64,000 nucleotides of DNA from the NCBI GenBank assembly GCA_964016885.1, contig OZ024740.1:387686001-387750000 (forward strand), in the 5' to 3' direction. Of this stretch, positions 1-14,182 are shown one piece after another. The notes beneath the pieces were generated by a model. That model worked only from the letters and a program-made list of their open reading frames with translations, was not told the origin of the DNA and did no database searches. Origin of the DNA: Eledone cirrhosa (Eukaryota). A program made the translations under genes and the position numbers. Every line of letters begins with the position of its first letter. The first letter of the stretch is position 1.

Positions 1-930
1 TTTGTTTCTGATATTTTTTATTGATATATTGATATCTGTTCTCTATTTATGCTTGAACGATAATCATGTAGAGTAAAGACATGAATAGTATTGTTAAAAT
101 TAATGTAGACTCTATATATATTTGTGTGTATGTACACATATATGTATACTTAAATTTTTATAACACAATGAGAATGTTTTCGTGTGAAATAGGAATTTGC
201 AGAGCTGATCACGTAAATTCACATGGATGTATATAGTATAAATTCTGGGATAACCTTCTATTTAACTCAACTCTAATATAAACCTAGGAATTTTAAACTA
301 GACATATGATCATTATTTTTCACACATTATTGATACGTGTCTCATTCATGAATACTGATATTTACATTATAATGCCTGTTTTATACGAATTGATATTTTT
401 TACATTGATGAAACATAGTGTTTTAATTCTGCCTCGTTTTTGTCTGGATATTTTTCTTTTCTCTCTATGTAACGGCTGTTTTCTCTCTTAACCACATATA
501 TCTCTCTCTACATTAATACTAGAGCTAAATAAATAAATAAATAAATAAATATATCATTGATACGTCATTCAACTGGTGCCCAACTACCTAATTTCTTTCT
601 CTCTATCTCTATCTATATCTATCTCTCTATATTTTCTCTCTCTCTCTCTCCTCTCTTCTCTCTCTCTCTCTCTATCTATCTCCCTCTGTGTTTTTTCCTC
701 TCTCTATATATCTCTCTCTGTTTCTTTACATGAATTTCTTCTCTATATCTATCTCTCTATATCTATCTCTCTCTATTTAGTTGCATGCATTTCTTCTTTT
801 TCTTCGTTTTTCTTTCTTTCTTTTTATAACTGTCCCTAATATTTTTTCACTACCAAATCAACTTTTCAAATAGAAGTCGAAGTTGAAAGGTATGTCGAAT
901 CTATCTATTTATAAGACTGTTTATATTGTA

Positions 931-992
931 TTTTGTCTGAAGAAGGCATAACATATTTTTAATATGATATCCCTGAAATATATATAATGAAA
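931..992 (+). ncRNA. Minimal type I hammerhead ribozyme in a PLE 3' end (pLTR) relic
   Basis: TTTTGT-CTGAAGA-AGG...CATATT/AATATG...CCT-GAAA-TATATA-TA^ATGAAA; stem I has two G-U pairs; same downstream tail as 38850-38895. Confidence 0.7.
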
Positions 993-1034
993 TAAATATG
1001 GTTTTATAAATGTAGTTTCCATTTATTTAATATC

Positions 1035-2243
<1,209 letters not shown>

Positions 2244-2406
2244 ATATATATAAAATAAAAAAATATATTCGGTGTACATGGGTGGGTACAAGAGCAAGAA
2301 TGAGGAGCTCATTCTACGGACATGGCTTTAAAAAGTGGCTGTTTCCATAATTGCAAACGAATCGAATATTATTATTAATATTAAAAAAACATATATATAT
2401 ATATAT

Positions 2407-2939
2407 GATGGCTGCCCCCTTGTTATCGAGTATGGCCATTGCACGATATACCATTATTAATAATTATTAATTAATGCTATCGTGCAATGCCTGTGCGTGA
2501 AGATATTTTTAAAGTGGGGAAAGACTGTGCACTGAGCCAATCCCACTCTCTGAGCGACAGTAGCTATAACCTGAAAAGAAGAAAAGATCAACATCATCGG
2601 TAACTACTGAGCCGCAGGTTTTATATCGGAATTATCCCAGTTTCCTGAGTGCCTTCTCCTAGAAGAATGCCCTGACAAAGGCTAGGGGTCCTTCACTCCC
2701 AGTGGTTTAACCGCGTGGTACATGTGTATATGCATATTTACACACTTTTGGATGGCCGTTGATTCTTATGAGTTTTTCCGCTTTTTGTCAGGTTTTGTTT
2801 TTTGTCCTGCAGGGTGTTCAAAATCACCCTCCTCACCAAGTAAACTTGGTGGGGTTGCCAATTTAGTTGCCGACGACCTGACCATGCGACAGGTTGTACT
2901 GGGTTACATGTTACCAGTAGCACTCAAGAGTGACCCCCC

Positions 2940-2940
<1 letters not shown>
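2407..2940 (-). mobile_element. Short interspersed non-autonomous element, probably RTE-LINE-related; same family as 6370-6907 and 58285-58810
   Basis: Reverse complement shares ggtcactc...tgctactggtaacatgtaacccagtacaacctgtc with the other copies. Confidence 0.65.
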
Positions 2941-2999
<59 letters not shown>

Positions 3000-3279
3000 G
3001 TGAAATAATTAATCAAGTTGTCTGACAAAAATATAGGTTGATCAAAGTGTTTCAGATAGTCACTATTGGAACCTAATATTCACCTCACTAATATAAATTG
3101 AAAAATAAAATTTTTAATTATTTCATTAGGAGCAGTAATATAAAATGCAAAGGTAAGATATTGTCAAGACTCATGTATCCACGGTATGCGTGTTTGTAAG
3201 AATTATACAAGTGCAATGGTATAAAGTCACATAGATACCATAATATATTAAACAGAAATATTCTTAGGTTATCTTACTC

Positions 3280-3920
3280 AGCATCAATGGATCTGGATGG
3301 TTACATAAATACATTGAATAAGAGACACTTAAGCACCTATGATACTAAACAAAATTCTAATGTTAAAATGAACCCCATTGGATGTTCTCAACCGGCGCGG
3401 ATAAATGGATCTAAGGCAGTAAAAACTAGAAATAGGAAATTAAATCTATCACACCTTATTCTAATACCTACCACATCTAATGGCAGACAACAATAATAAT
3501 AGAGAACCATCCCATAAAAAAGAGATAAGATGCAATTGCCCACGACCCGAGAACTGCCCCATACAAAATATGTATATGGTATACCAATGTGTAATCAGTA
3601 CAAATAAACAGAAAATAAAATATATTGGGGCTACTTCAAATGTCTTTAAGAAAAGAGGGTATGTTCACACACATTCTTTCAAAAATCATAAACTTAGAAA
3701 TTCTACAATTTTAGTCAACAAAATATGGGAACTGGAGGGGAAAAGAACTCGATACTAAATTTCTTGGTTTGTCCTACGATTCGCCGACCAGTACAGACAG
3801 GATACGGGTATTTGTAATATCACTATACTAGAATTGTACTTTATAATTAACGAAAACATTTAATAAAATATAGATACGCAACACGCAACATCACGTATAA
3901 TACTCGACTAAAAGCTGTAT
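3280..3920 (+). pseudogene. Degenerate Naiad-type PLE GIY-YIG endonuclease fragment
   Basis: ORF 3480-3758: CNCPRPENCP...MVYQC...YIGATSNVFKKR...HSFK...KIWEL. Confidence 0.8.
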
Positions 3921-4270
3921 AACTATTACCCCTACAAACAATATATGACCTAGACACCCTGACGCAAAACTACAACGAGAATGCTAAGTCACTACCCATA
4001 TACTTTCCAAAATATTTAAAGTACAGCATTTACTCACTTGCAATCGAAATGGTGAAAGCTTATAGCGAGGAGGAGTGAGTGGATGAAATAAGGACTTGCT
4101 GCCCCATGTTTAAGCTTTCACCATTTATATATATATATTTGTAGTAAGGTTGCTAGGATGCGTCCATAGGCGGTATGCCGGTTGAGCACTCTATGCTCCT
4201 TCGGAGCAGAGTATGATAATATGGAAAACGAAGAATCAGTGATGCGTTCCGATGCATCACTGATTCTTCG

Positions 4271-4394
<124 letters not shown>

Positions 4395-4961
4395 GCACAT
4401 ATACATGTGTGTGTGTGTGTATGGCTGGGTGTATGTGTAAAGAAACATATCACATATATTTCGCTACTTAGTATACTTCGATTATATTTCAATGACTATC
4501 TTTCCTCTTTAGAGCCAACACATTCTTCGGAACCTGATTCGATCTTGCCCCTCGTCAGCATGAAAAAATTAAACAGAACTATGAAAATTGTTTTTCTGCT
4601 ACACACAAATACATCCTCCCCCAATTCCAACACAAGAACCTTCTGCTGACTAACACATATTCGTTCTCGAATACACTGCTATATACCTGTCTTTTTTTTT
4701 TTTACATCCGACACAACGCCCTCTGCTCCGTTGAACTAATGGTCTTCCCCACTGCTTCCACTCAACAAAACCACTCCTCATGTAATGCCTCACGTACAAT
4801 TTTTAAAACCATTATATAAATTTGAGAACACATCAGTATTTGTATATTGATCAATATAAATGATCTATCACGATTTATCGATTTTACATTTTTGTTCTCT
4901 GTAATGTATTACATGATACAAAGAAATAGACAAAAATAGTATCAATAATAGTTTCTTATAT

Positions 4962-5155
4962 AATCACAATGCCAGCAATTTTTGGGGAGGGGAAACTCGA
5001 TTAAATCGACCCCAGTGCGGGACTGGTACTTTATTTTATCGACCCCGTAAGGATGAAAGGCAAAGTTAACCTCGGCGGGATTTGAACTCAGATCATAAAG
5101 GGCCGCAACTCTATGCTGCAAAGCATGGCGTCCGACCCTCTACCGATACTGCCAT
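4962..5155 (-). mobile_element. tRNA-derived SINE with Meta-type core
   Basis: Reverse complement has box B-like gagttcaaatccc and gcctttcatccttacggggtcgataaaataaagtaccag. Confidence 0.85.
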
Positions 5156-5529
5156 TATATAAATTTGAAAACACATCAGTATTTGTATATTGATCAATAT
5201 AAATGATCTATCACGATAGACAAAAATTGGGTTTATTAATAATATGGTTATCATTGACAATTTCAGGATAAAGTATTTTTAAATGTGTAAAAATATGAAA
5301 CAAGGATTAATATCTTGGAAAAGACATTAATTTACGACCACAGCTTCGTTCATATGATGGTTAATGCACTTGTCCGAGAGATACGGTACATCTGTTTAAT
5401 TGTTGCCATTGCTCTGTGTACTTTACCTAATTTTCTTAACTATTATATATAGTGTTCGACTACTGTTATTGGCTTTTACGTTGGGATGACTACTGCTCAA
5501 ATTTCAAATCTTCCCAATATCTTTTAAGT

Positions 5530-5575
<46 letters not shown>

Positions 5576-6004
5576 GTATATGCAAGCATATATATACGTG
5601 CACGTACACGCTATCTTACAGGTAGCGTATTTGTCTTACATAGGTGCATTTGTTTTAGGGTAAGAGAGACAGTGAAAGATAAATAGGTCGCTATACGTAG
5701 CTAGGTAGTTATATAGATATTGATATTCACAGACAAATGGGTAGACGGAGACACAGACAATAGATTAATTGATTCTTTTCTCAGAACAATCTTCATAATG
5801 TATATAGATAAAGATTAGATTTATAAACTTAGATACTAAAGTTTTATTTTATTTTCATATTATAAAGGTTTACCAAAATAAATTTAATTACAGTATACAT
5901 TTGGTATATATAAACACAATTCATATAGTATTGATTTACGAAAAAGTTAACTTAATACGATATACAGATTGACACGTTTACACACACACACACACACACG
6001 CACG

Positions 6005-6158
<154 letters not shown>

Positions 6159-6369
6159 AGATATATAAAATGGAGTAAATATATGGCATCTATTGAATCA
6201 GTTTAACGTATTCATATTAATTATTAATGGAGTGAGTGAATAAACTTGCTCGAGTTTTATGTTCACTTTCTATGTTGGTGTGTTTTTACATGTATGTATG
6301 TATGTATGTATGTATGTATGTATGTATGTATGTATGTATGTATGTATGTATGTATGTATGTATGTATGA

Positions 6370-6907
6370 ATGTCAGGTCACTCTTGTGTGCTACTGGTAA
6401 CATGTAACCCAGTACAACCTGTCATATGGTCGGGTCGTCGACGACTAAACCGGCAACCCCACTAAGTTTGCTTGGTGAAGAGGGTGATATTTGGATACTC
6501 TGCAGGATGAAATACAAGACCCGGTAAAGGGCGGAGGAACTCAGCAGAGTCAACGGCCATCCAAATAGTACTTTTTTTTTTTTTTACCTGGGAGTGAGAG
6601 GCCCCCAGTTGTTGTCACAACACCTTTCTAAGAGAGGGAAACTGAAAAAAAAAAAAAAAAAAATTGCGGCTTCGGAAGCATCCGATGATGTTGACCAGTT
6701 CTCCTTTTAGGGTAGTGTTTTCGATACTTAGATAGTGGGATTGGTCAAGTTCAAGGCCTTTCCCCACTTAAATAACCTTTAAAGCACAGGCATTACCTGT
6801 TCAGGATCTGTTACAGGTTCGTGTGGCTGGCCGTAGCCTAAAGGTACATAATTTTCTGTAATCTGACAAGCGATTACAATAATCTTAGCAGAGTTTGCAG
6901 CCATTAT
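6370..6907 (+). mobile_element. Short interspersed non-autonomous element (RTE-related family)
   Basis: Colinear with 58285-58810 over ~530 bp; flanked by (TATG)n/(TA)n. Confidence 0.7.
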
Positions 6908-7129
6908 ATATATATACATACATACGTTCGAAAGTTTAACTCATAGGTAATTAGGTTTGTGATCCAGTCATTCCGATTTGCAGACCTTGATGTAATAAGC
7001 AAAAGCTCTCGACGTTATGCGTATCTTCGAACACACACACACGGGCGTGTATATATACATGGGAGTGTGTGTGTGCGCGCGCGCGCTCGTATGTGTGTTT
7101 GTATGTGTCTGTGCATTTCGTGTATATGC

Positions 7130-7560
7130 GTGTTGCTGGTTTTGTAATTTCGGTCGCCGTTGAGACCTCAGGTGTACTTGGACCCCGTATTGCAGAGCTC
7201 CTCCGCAAGATCGGAGCATTGGCGGCCCGTCTGAGGAGGATGTCCCACGAGGTTGGGTGACTGTTGCAGCAGATGTCACTGGCCATCGTCCGGGGGAATA
7301 CTTTTGCCGTCTTGTCAGAATTCCTTCCCCCTTGCCCTCAGCCCAAAGCCCAATCACCCTCTCCCTCACCCCACTCTCTTCTGCGACACCAGAGCTCTCG
7401 CCATCCCCTCCCTTTCTCGTTCTTTTTATTTCTTTCTCTTTTTTCCCCTATATTTCCCTATTCTTTCTTTTCTTTTTTTCCCCCCTTTTTTATTTTTTCT
7501 TACTAAATAAGGTTTGTTTTTGCTTTTGAATAAATTCATATGGGATTTAAATAAAAATAT
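7130..7560 (+). mobile_element. 3' fragment of a CRE-like non-LTR element (restriction-like endonuclease C-terminus)
   Basis: VAVETSGVLGP...LLQQMSLAIVRGN; homologous to 30620-31200. Confidence 0.7.
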
Positions 7561-8299
7561 AATCAGTTTAACGTATTCATACCAATTATTAATGGAGGGA
7601 ATAAACTTGCTCGAGTTTTACGTTCACTTCCTTTGCTGATGTGTTTTTTTAAAAATAATAAACCCTTCTATTCCCCAATGCCTCAACTAACATATATCTG
7701 GTGGCTATATCCTCTTAATAGACATTTATTCAAATTCTAACTACGTTAATGTCTAGATAATGGTAGCGTTGAGCTACAGAATACTTCTCATATACTTAAA
7801 CTTTAACATTGCCAAAAAAAAAAAATAGAAAAACAAAATAGAAGAGTGCCTATTTCCTCTAAAACCTATAATCTATATTATATAACACCATTGTGTAAAA
7901 TTCTATTGGTATTCCTAATTTAGAAGGCAGAAACATGAGAGATAAGAAGATTAATTCAACATGGAATGAAAGATCTAGCGGATATATATATTTCAAAGTA
8001 AAGAAAATAGTAATTCAGTAACTAAATTATTCAACTGATTGCACCACATCAGATATTCTATTTCTTTATGTGCCTAAAAATACATACTCTATATTCCGAC
8101 ATTCAACTTTCAATGCCTGAAGTAGCTTTTGATAGTTGTTCCTTTACTGTTTTTAAAAAAATCTTTTTTACTATTTTCAAACATCTTAGACAAACGCCCG
8201 ATAAATATGGTGTATTTAGAGAATATACATATCTCATGTGTTTGGTGGTTATAATATTTTAATAGTCAAGGAATGTAAAGTTATTATTGTTTTTTGGTC

Positions 8300-8486
8300 G
8301 ATGGATTGGCAGTATCGGTAGAGGTTCGGACGCCATGCTTTGACGCATAGAGTTACGGCCCTTGCCATTCTGAGTTCAAATCCCGCCGAGGTTAACTTTG
8401 CCTTTCATCCTTACGGGGTCGATAAAATAAAGTACCAGTAATGTACTGGGTAATTTTCTGGCCTTGTGCCAATAGTAGAAACAATT
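8300..8486 (+). mobile_element. Meta-core SINE with flanking duplication attattgttttttggtcgatgg
   Basis: Box A/B-like head and Meta core; ~22 bp direct repeat at about 8283 and 8484. Confidence 0.88.
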
Positions 8487-8803
8487 ATTGTTTTTTGGTC
8501 GATGGTATAGAATTCAACTAGAGTCTAAATTTTTAATGTTTAATGATGCAGTTGCACAGGTGCAAGAGGTGGTGGAATTTTCTGTGTATCGTATTATTTC
8601 TAAAATTGTAATTTACATATATACGTAAATGTTATGTAACATCGTGTTTGTTATGTAACATCGTGTTTGACATTCTGCCACGATTTCTCTCACTGCTTTA
8701 TGTCTCTCTTATCACATACACTAACACTCACACTCACACACACTCGCCCAGATACTCTCTCATACATACATATATGTGCACACACACACACGCGCGCGCG
8801 CGT

Positions 8804-8837
<34 letters not shown>

Positions 8838-8880
8838 GTATATATGTAGGAGGTGAGTTTTATTGTAGTACAATAAAGCA

Positions 8881-10458
8881 ATGCAGATATCGGATAAGAA
8901 GCACTCTACAGTTTGTAGGACTGGAGTATACATAATATATAAGAACAAAAGATGGTTAAAGGAGTTCCATGTATTTTATTATGCGCATTTCAAAAACAAA
9001 CATCATCATGCAATAATATTTGTGTTTTCATCAGATAAGACAGGAGGACATGATATGAAGGCTATCTTTGGTATCTTTATTTTGAACTCTTTGAGTCGGA
9101 AAATTCCTCAACTTCGCGGTGAAATTTATCGTGACGATGGACTCTTTACTATCTTAAATTGCAATATAGTTAACCTTAATATTATTAAGAACAATATACG
9201 TAATCTCTTTAACCAACATAACCTAAAAATTGAATTTGATAACAGTATCAAACTAGCTAATTTCTTGGATGTATCTCTTAATCTTGACACTGGCCTATAT
9301 TACCCTTACCATAAAAACAATGAGAACCTAAATTATGTTAACTTTAAATCTAACCATCCTACTAATATCAAAAATGCTATAGTTAGTAATATTGGAAAAA
9401 GAATATCTAACCTATCTTCTAATAAAAACATCTTTGATGCTAACGCCAATTACTATAATAACGCACTTTCTAAAGCCGGCTATCCTGATAAAATCAAATA
9501 TAGTAAAGAAACAAATTCTAGAAGAACTTACAGTAGAATAATTAATCATGATCATTCCAATAACTTTAATAAAAGACCTAGATACAAAAACATAATCTGG
9601 TATAATGCTCCTTTCTCCATCTCTATTAATAACAATATTCCTAAATTATTCTTTAGTGCCTTAAATAAATGCTTCCCTCCCTCACATATCTATAGTAAAA
9701 TATTTAACAAACACACCATAAAATTTTCTTATTCTACATCCTCCAATATTTCCAACATTATCTCTAAACACAACAATAAAATACTAAATACTAAATCTCT
9801 TCCTTCCAACACTGAATTTCATAATAATAGTAATAGTACTCCCGACGTCATTATAAACCCTAGGCTAATTTCTGCAAACCCAAATACAACGTCAAACACA
9901 ACTTCGCTAAATGTTCATAATCCAACTCTAAATCAAGAAACTATTATTCCTATCGCAAACAACTTCTCCAATCCAATTCCTTCTATAGATAACACTAGGT
10001 CACTCATTAATAATCTCTCTAATTGCAATTGCAATTGCCCTATTAAAAATAAATGTCCTCTCAACAACCATTGTCTTGATAAAAACTTAATTTATGAATG
10101 TAAAGTTATAACTAGCACCAATTCCTTCACCTATTTTGGCTCCACTTCCACCTCTTTTAAAGCTCGTCTCTATAATCATCATTCATCTTTTAAATACAAA
10201 CTTAAAAGAACCAACACGGCTCTCTCAGAACTCATATGGTCCTTGAAAGACAAAAACATTAAATATACCATCTTTTGGAAGAAGGTTTCTTCTGCGTCTT
10301 CATACTTGAACAGCTCTCTATCTAAAATCTGCAATATCTGCCTAAATGAAAAATTTACCATTATCTCTAATCTAGATTCTATAATAAATAGACGAACTGA
10401 CTTGTTTTCTATCTGCTTGCATAAATTCCATAAAACATTTCACAAAGTATACAGCTAA
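8881..10458 (+). CDS. Chimeric ORF: antisense pLTR-derived N-terminus fused to PLE RT C-half (YRDDG, FLDV), thumb, CNC..CPL..C linker and GIY-YIG endonuclease
   Basis: 525 aa ORF in track; motifs LIYECKV, YFGST, FKARLYNH, CNIC, CLH. Confidence 0.8.
   Translation: MQISDKKHSTVCRTGVYIIYKNKRWLKEFHVFYYAHFKNKHHHAIIFVFSSDKTGGHDMKAIFGIFILNSLSRKIPQLRGEIYRDDGLFTILNCNIVNLNIIKNNIRNLFNQHNLKIEFDNSIKLANFLDVSLNLDTGLYYPYHKNNENLNYVNFKSNHPTNIKNAIVSNIGKRISNLSSNKNIFDANANYYNNALSKAGYPDKIKYSKETNSRRTYSRIINHDHSNNFNKRPRYKNIIWYNAPFSISINNNIPKLFFSALNKCFPPSHIYSKIFNKHTIKFSYSTSSNISNIISKHNNKILNTKSLPSNTEFHNNSNSTPDVIINPRLISANPNTTSNTTSLNVHNPTLNQETIIPIANNFSNPIPSIDNTRSLINNLSNCNCNCPIKNKCPLNNHCLDKNLIYECKVITSTNSFTYFGSTSTSFKARLYNHHSSFKYKLKRTNTALSELIWSLKDKNIKYTIFWKKVSSASSYLNSSLSKICNICLNEKFTIISNLDSIINRRTDLFSICLHKFHKTFHKVYS
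8974..9040 (-). ncRNA. Type I hammerhead ribozyme, inverted copy of 11337-11403
   Basis: Core intact; one stem I substitution (TCTTAT vs TTTTAT). Confidence 0.8.
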
Positions 10459-11336
10459 TATTCAATTCTTTATCAATTTAGAATCTTTTTCTCAAAGGCA
10501 CATATACATACACCTCTTTTAAAATATACCCATCTTCCTACCTTATTTCAAAGGGTATTATACACTCTATAATACTTGTTTACTCATTACCCTTACTCTA
10601 TTTTCACCTTGTAAAATCCTTCGTAAACATATACATTTGTTTTGACGCCAGATTATTCATCCTTAATTCATTATTTTTTCTCCCTATCATCTAACTCATT
10701 CTCAATACATATTTTTTTCTCCCTATCATCTAACTCATTCTCAATACATATTAACTTTTTCTTCGCACATATTATCAATTCCCTCAATATACAAACCTCA
10801 ACTTCACATTATTTTTCTCAAATCCTTCAATATACAAACCTTAACTTTACATATTTTCTCTTCGTTAATTTTCAAATTTCCATAATACTTGTAAACATAC
10901 ACACTTTTTTTGACGTTAGAATATTCATCCGCAATTCATTATTCTCTTCTCTCTATCATCAAACTTTTTATTCTCAATACATATTAACTCCCTCTCCTTC
11001 TTCGTACATATTTTTCCCTTCGTTAATTTTCAAATTCTTTTAATTTATACATTATCTTCCAACGGTTTTCAACCTCTCTATGTAAAACAATATATCTTTC
11101 TCAGTTATAAAAACTATCTCTCTCTCTTTATCACCCATCTCTCCTCCTATCTCATCCTTCCTCATTATATTCCTCCCACTCCACCTTCACTCTCATCTCC
11201 TCCTCTTTTTTTCACCCCCCCTCTAAATAAAATATTTTTCCCAATATCACACATCAATCTAAAACTACTTCTCATATGTTGATTTAAAACTGCACTATCC
11301 ACAAGTGTTTTTTAGCCTTCATATCATGTCCTCCTG

Positions 11337-11403
11337 TTTTATCTGATGAAAACACAAATATTATTGCATGATGATGTTTGTTTTTGAAATGCGCATAATA
11401 AAA
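11337..11403 (+). ncRNA. Type I hammerhead ribozyme in the PLE pLTR
   Basis: TTTTAT-CTGATGA-long stem II (AAACACAAATATTAT/ATGATGTTTGTTTTT)-GAAA-TGCGCA(palindromic)-TA^ATAAAA. Confidence 0.85.
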
Positions 11404-11611
11404 TACATGGAACTCCTTTAACCATCTTTTGTTCTTATATATTATGTATACTCCAGTCCTACAAACTGTAGAGTGCTTCTTATCCGATATCTGCATTGCT
11501 TTATTGTACTACAATAAAACTCACCTCCTACATTAACTTGCTCCTTAACGGTTGAGCGCTTACTCTCATATTGGATACCTTTTGATGGTATTTTACTTCT
11601 TCTTCTACAAC

Positions 11612-13709
11612 ATGGATTATTACAACATAACCAATTCAACTAAAGACATTCCTATACCTGGTAAATCTGAATTCACCAAACTTCTAATTGAAAAGACTGA
11701 CTCCTTCGTAAGAAGACTTAGATGGACAGCCTATTTCTATGACCAGCGCCTAAAAGGGAACTTCTATACCAAAGAACATAACTTCCTCGATCATCTATTT
11801 AATTCTAGAAGAAATCCTCCTTCCAACAAAAATCTAGTGCAATTCGAGGAAGAGTTAACTAAAATAATAAAAAAATCTTAAATTCAAGAGATACCCTTAC
11901 AAAGGACAAGAGCACCTTGTAAATCTCAAGAACACAATTTCTAACCTAAATTCCTCAAAAAATGTTTTAGTCCACTCTGACAAAACCAATAACTTATATG
12001 GTATTTCCAAGGATAATTATAACAACCTGATCCTAAAGGAACTTAGGAAAAAATATCGTAAAACCAACCATGAAAATTTAGAATACATAAACCTTGAAGC
12101 CTCTGAGATTATGTCAAAACTTGGCATTGAAAAAAAGACCGAACCATTCCTCCCAAGAACTCCGAGGATAAATCTCAAGGATCACAAAAACAATTTTCGC
12201 ACTGAACTACCTGTTAGATTAATCGCCCCCTCTAAATCTGATCTGGGGGTTGTTAGTAAAGCTATCTTGGATAGAATTATCCCACAGGTTCGTTCTAATT
12301 GCTCTTCTTTGAACCTAAATTTATGGTTTGGTACTTCTGAAGTGATTGGCTGGTTCAACAAATTGGATAATAAAAACAAACTAAAATTTATTCAATTTGA
12401 TATTGCCAGCTACTATTCCTCCATTTCGCCTTCACTTCTCAATAATGCTCTATCTTTCGCACTTAAATATTCTGACATCACCACAGATGAACTTCACATC
12501 ATTCTCACCGCACGTAAAACCATCCTAGAGTTCAACAACGAATATTGGACCAGAGCCGATACCTCTAACAACTTCGACATCACAATGGGAGCATCCGATT
12601 CATCTCAATTGACTGATTTAATTGGTATCTTTATTTTGAACTCTTTGAGTCGGAAAATTCCTCAACTTCGCGGTGGAATTTATCGTGACGATGGACTCTT
12701 TACTATCTTAAATTGCAATATAGTTAACCTTAATATTATTAAGAACAATATACGTAATCTCTTTAACCAACATAACCTAAAAGTTGAATTTGATAACAGT
12801 ATCAAACTAGCTAATTTCTTGGATGTATCTCTTAATCTTGACACTGGCCTATATTACCCTTACCATAAAAACAATGAGAACCTAAATTATGTTAACTTTA
12901 AATCTAACCATCCTACTAATATCAAAAATGCTATAGTTAGTAATATTGGAAAAAGAATATCTAACCTATCTTCTAATAAAACATCTTTGATGCTAACGCC
13001 AATTACTATAATAACGCACTTTCTAAAGCCGGCTATCCTGATAAAATCAAATATAGTAAAGAAACAAATTCTAGAAGAACTTACAGTAGAATAATTAATC
13101 ATGATCATTCCAATAACTTTAATAAAAGACCTAGATACAAAAACATAATCTGGTATAATGCTCCTTTCTCCATCTCTATTAATAACAATATTCCTAAATT
13201 ATTCTTTAGTGCCTTAAATAAATGCTTCCCTCCCTCACATATCTATAGTAAAATATTTAACAAACACACCATAAAATTTTCTTATTCTACATCCTCCAAT
13301 ATTTCCAACATTATCTCTAAACACAACAATAAAATACTAAATACTAAATCTCTTCCTTCCAACACTGAATTTCATAATAATAGTAATAGTACTCCCGACG
13401 TCATTATAAACCCTAGGCTAATTTCTGCAAACCCAAATACAACGTCAAACACAACTTCGCTAAATGTTCATAATCCAACTCTAAATCAAGAAACTATTAT
13501 TCCTATCGCAAACAACTTCTCCAATCCAATTCCTTCTATAGATAACACTAGGTCACTCATTAATAATCTCTCTAATTGCAATTGCAATTGCCCTATTAAA
13601 AATAAATGTCCTCTCAACAACCATTGTCTTGATAAATTTATGAATGTAAAGTTATAACTAGCACCAATTCCTTCACCTATTTTGGCTCCACTTCCACCTC
13701 TTTTAAAGA
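11612..13709 (+). pseudogene. Frameshifted Naiad-type PLE polyprotein (N-terminal domain, RT, start of GIY-YIG)
   Basis: MDYYNITNSTKDIPIP...FVRRLRW; QFDIASYYSSI, ITMGASDS, YRDDG; frameshifts near 11875, 12980 and 13635. Confidence 0.88.
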
Positions 13710-13788
13710 TCTAAAACTACTTTTCATATGTTGATTTAAAACTGCACTATCCACAAGTGTTTTTTAGCCTTCATATCATGTCCTCCTG

Positions 13789-13855
13789 TTTTATCTCATG
13801 AAAACACAAATATTATTGCATGATGATGTTTGTTTTTGAAATGCGCATAATAAAA
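13789..13855 (+). ncRNA. Inactivated hammerhead copy (core CTCATGA, G5>C at 13797)
   Basis: Otherwise identical to 11337-11403. Confidence 0.78.
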
Positions 13856-13896
13856 TACATGGAACTCCTTTAACCATCTTTTGTTCTTATATATTA

Positions 13897-13937
<41 letters not shown>

Positions 13938-13969
13938 AAAATTTCGCTCTACATGGCTGAATACAATAG

Positions 13970-14182
13970 ATGTAATCTGAGTTTTTCGAATATTAATAAT
14001 AACATTCGATTCGTTTGCAATTATGCAAACAAGCCTCAATTTTATAGCCATGTCAGTAGAATGAACGCTTCATTCTTGCTCTTGTGTTGGCATTCTACTG
14101 ACATGGCTATAAAATTGAGGCTTGTTTGCATAATTGCAAACGAATCGAATGTTATTATTAATATTAAAAAAACTCAGATTAC

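Larger units (their letters stand above)
8844..13897 (+). mobile_element. Naiad-type Penelope-like element, partial tandem with 5' inverted pLTR fragment
   Basis: 8844-9064 is the reverse complement of 11313-11533; 5'-truncated copy at ~9069-11533; second copy ORF 11612-13709 with frameshifts, then a deletion to the pLTR at 13710-13897. Confidence 0.93.

Noticed and set aside
10020-10458. Possible selenocysteine-coding Naiad
   Set aside because: The Cys positions read here, and in the GIY-YIG copies at 42370 and 62460, are TGC/TGT; no conserved in-frame TGA was seen
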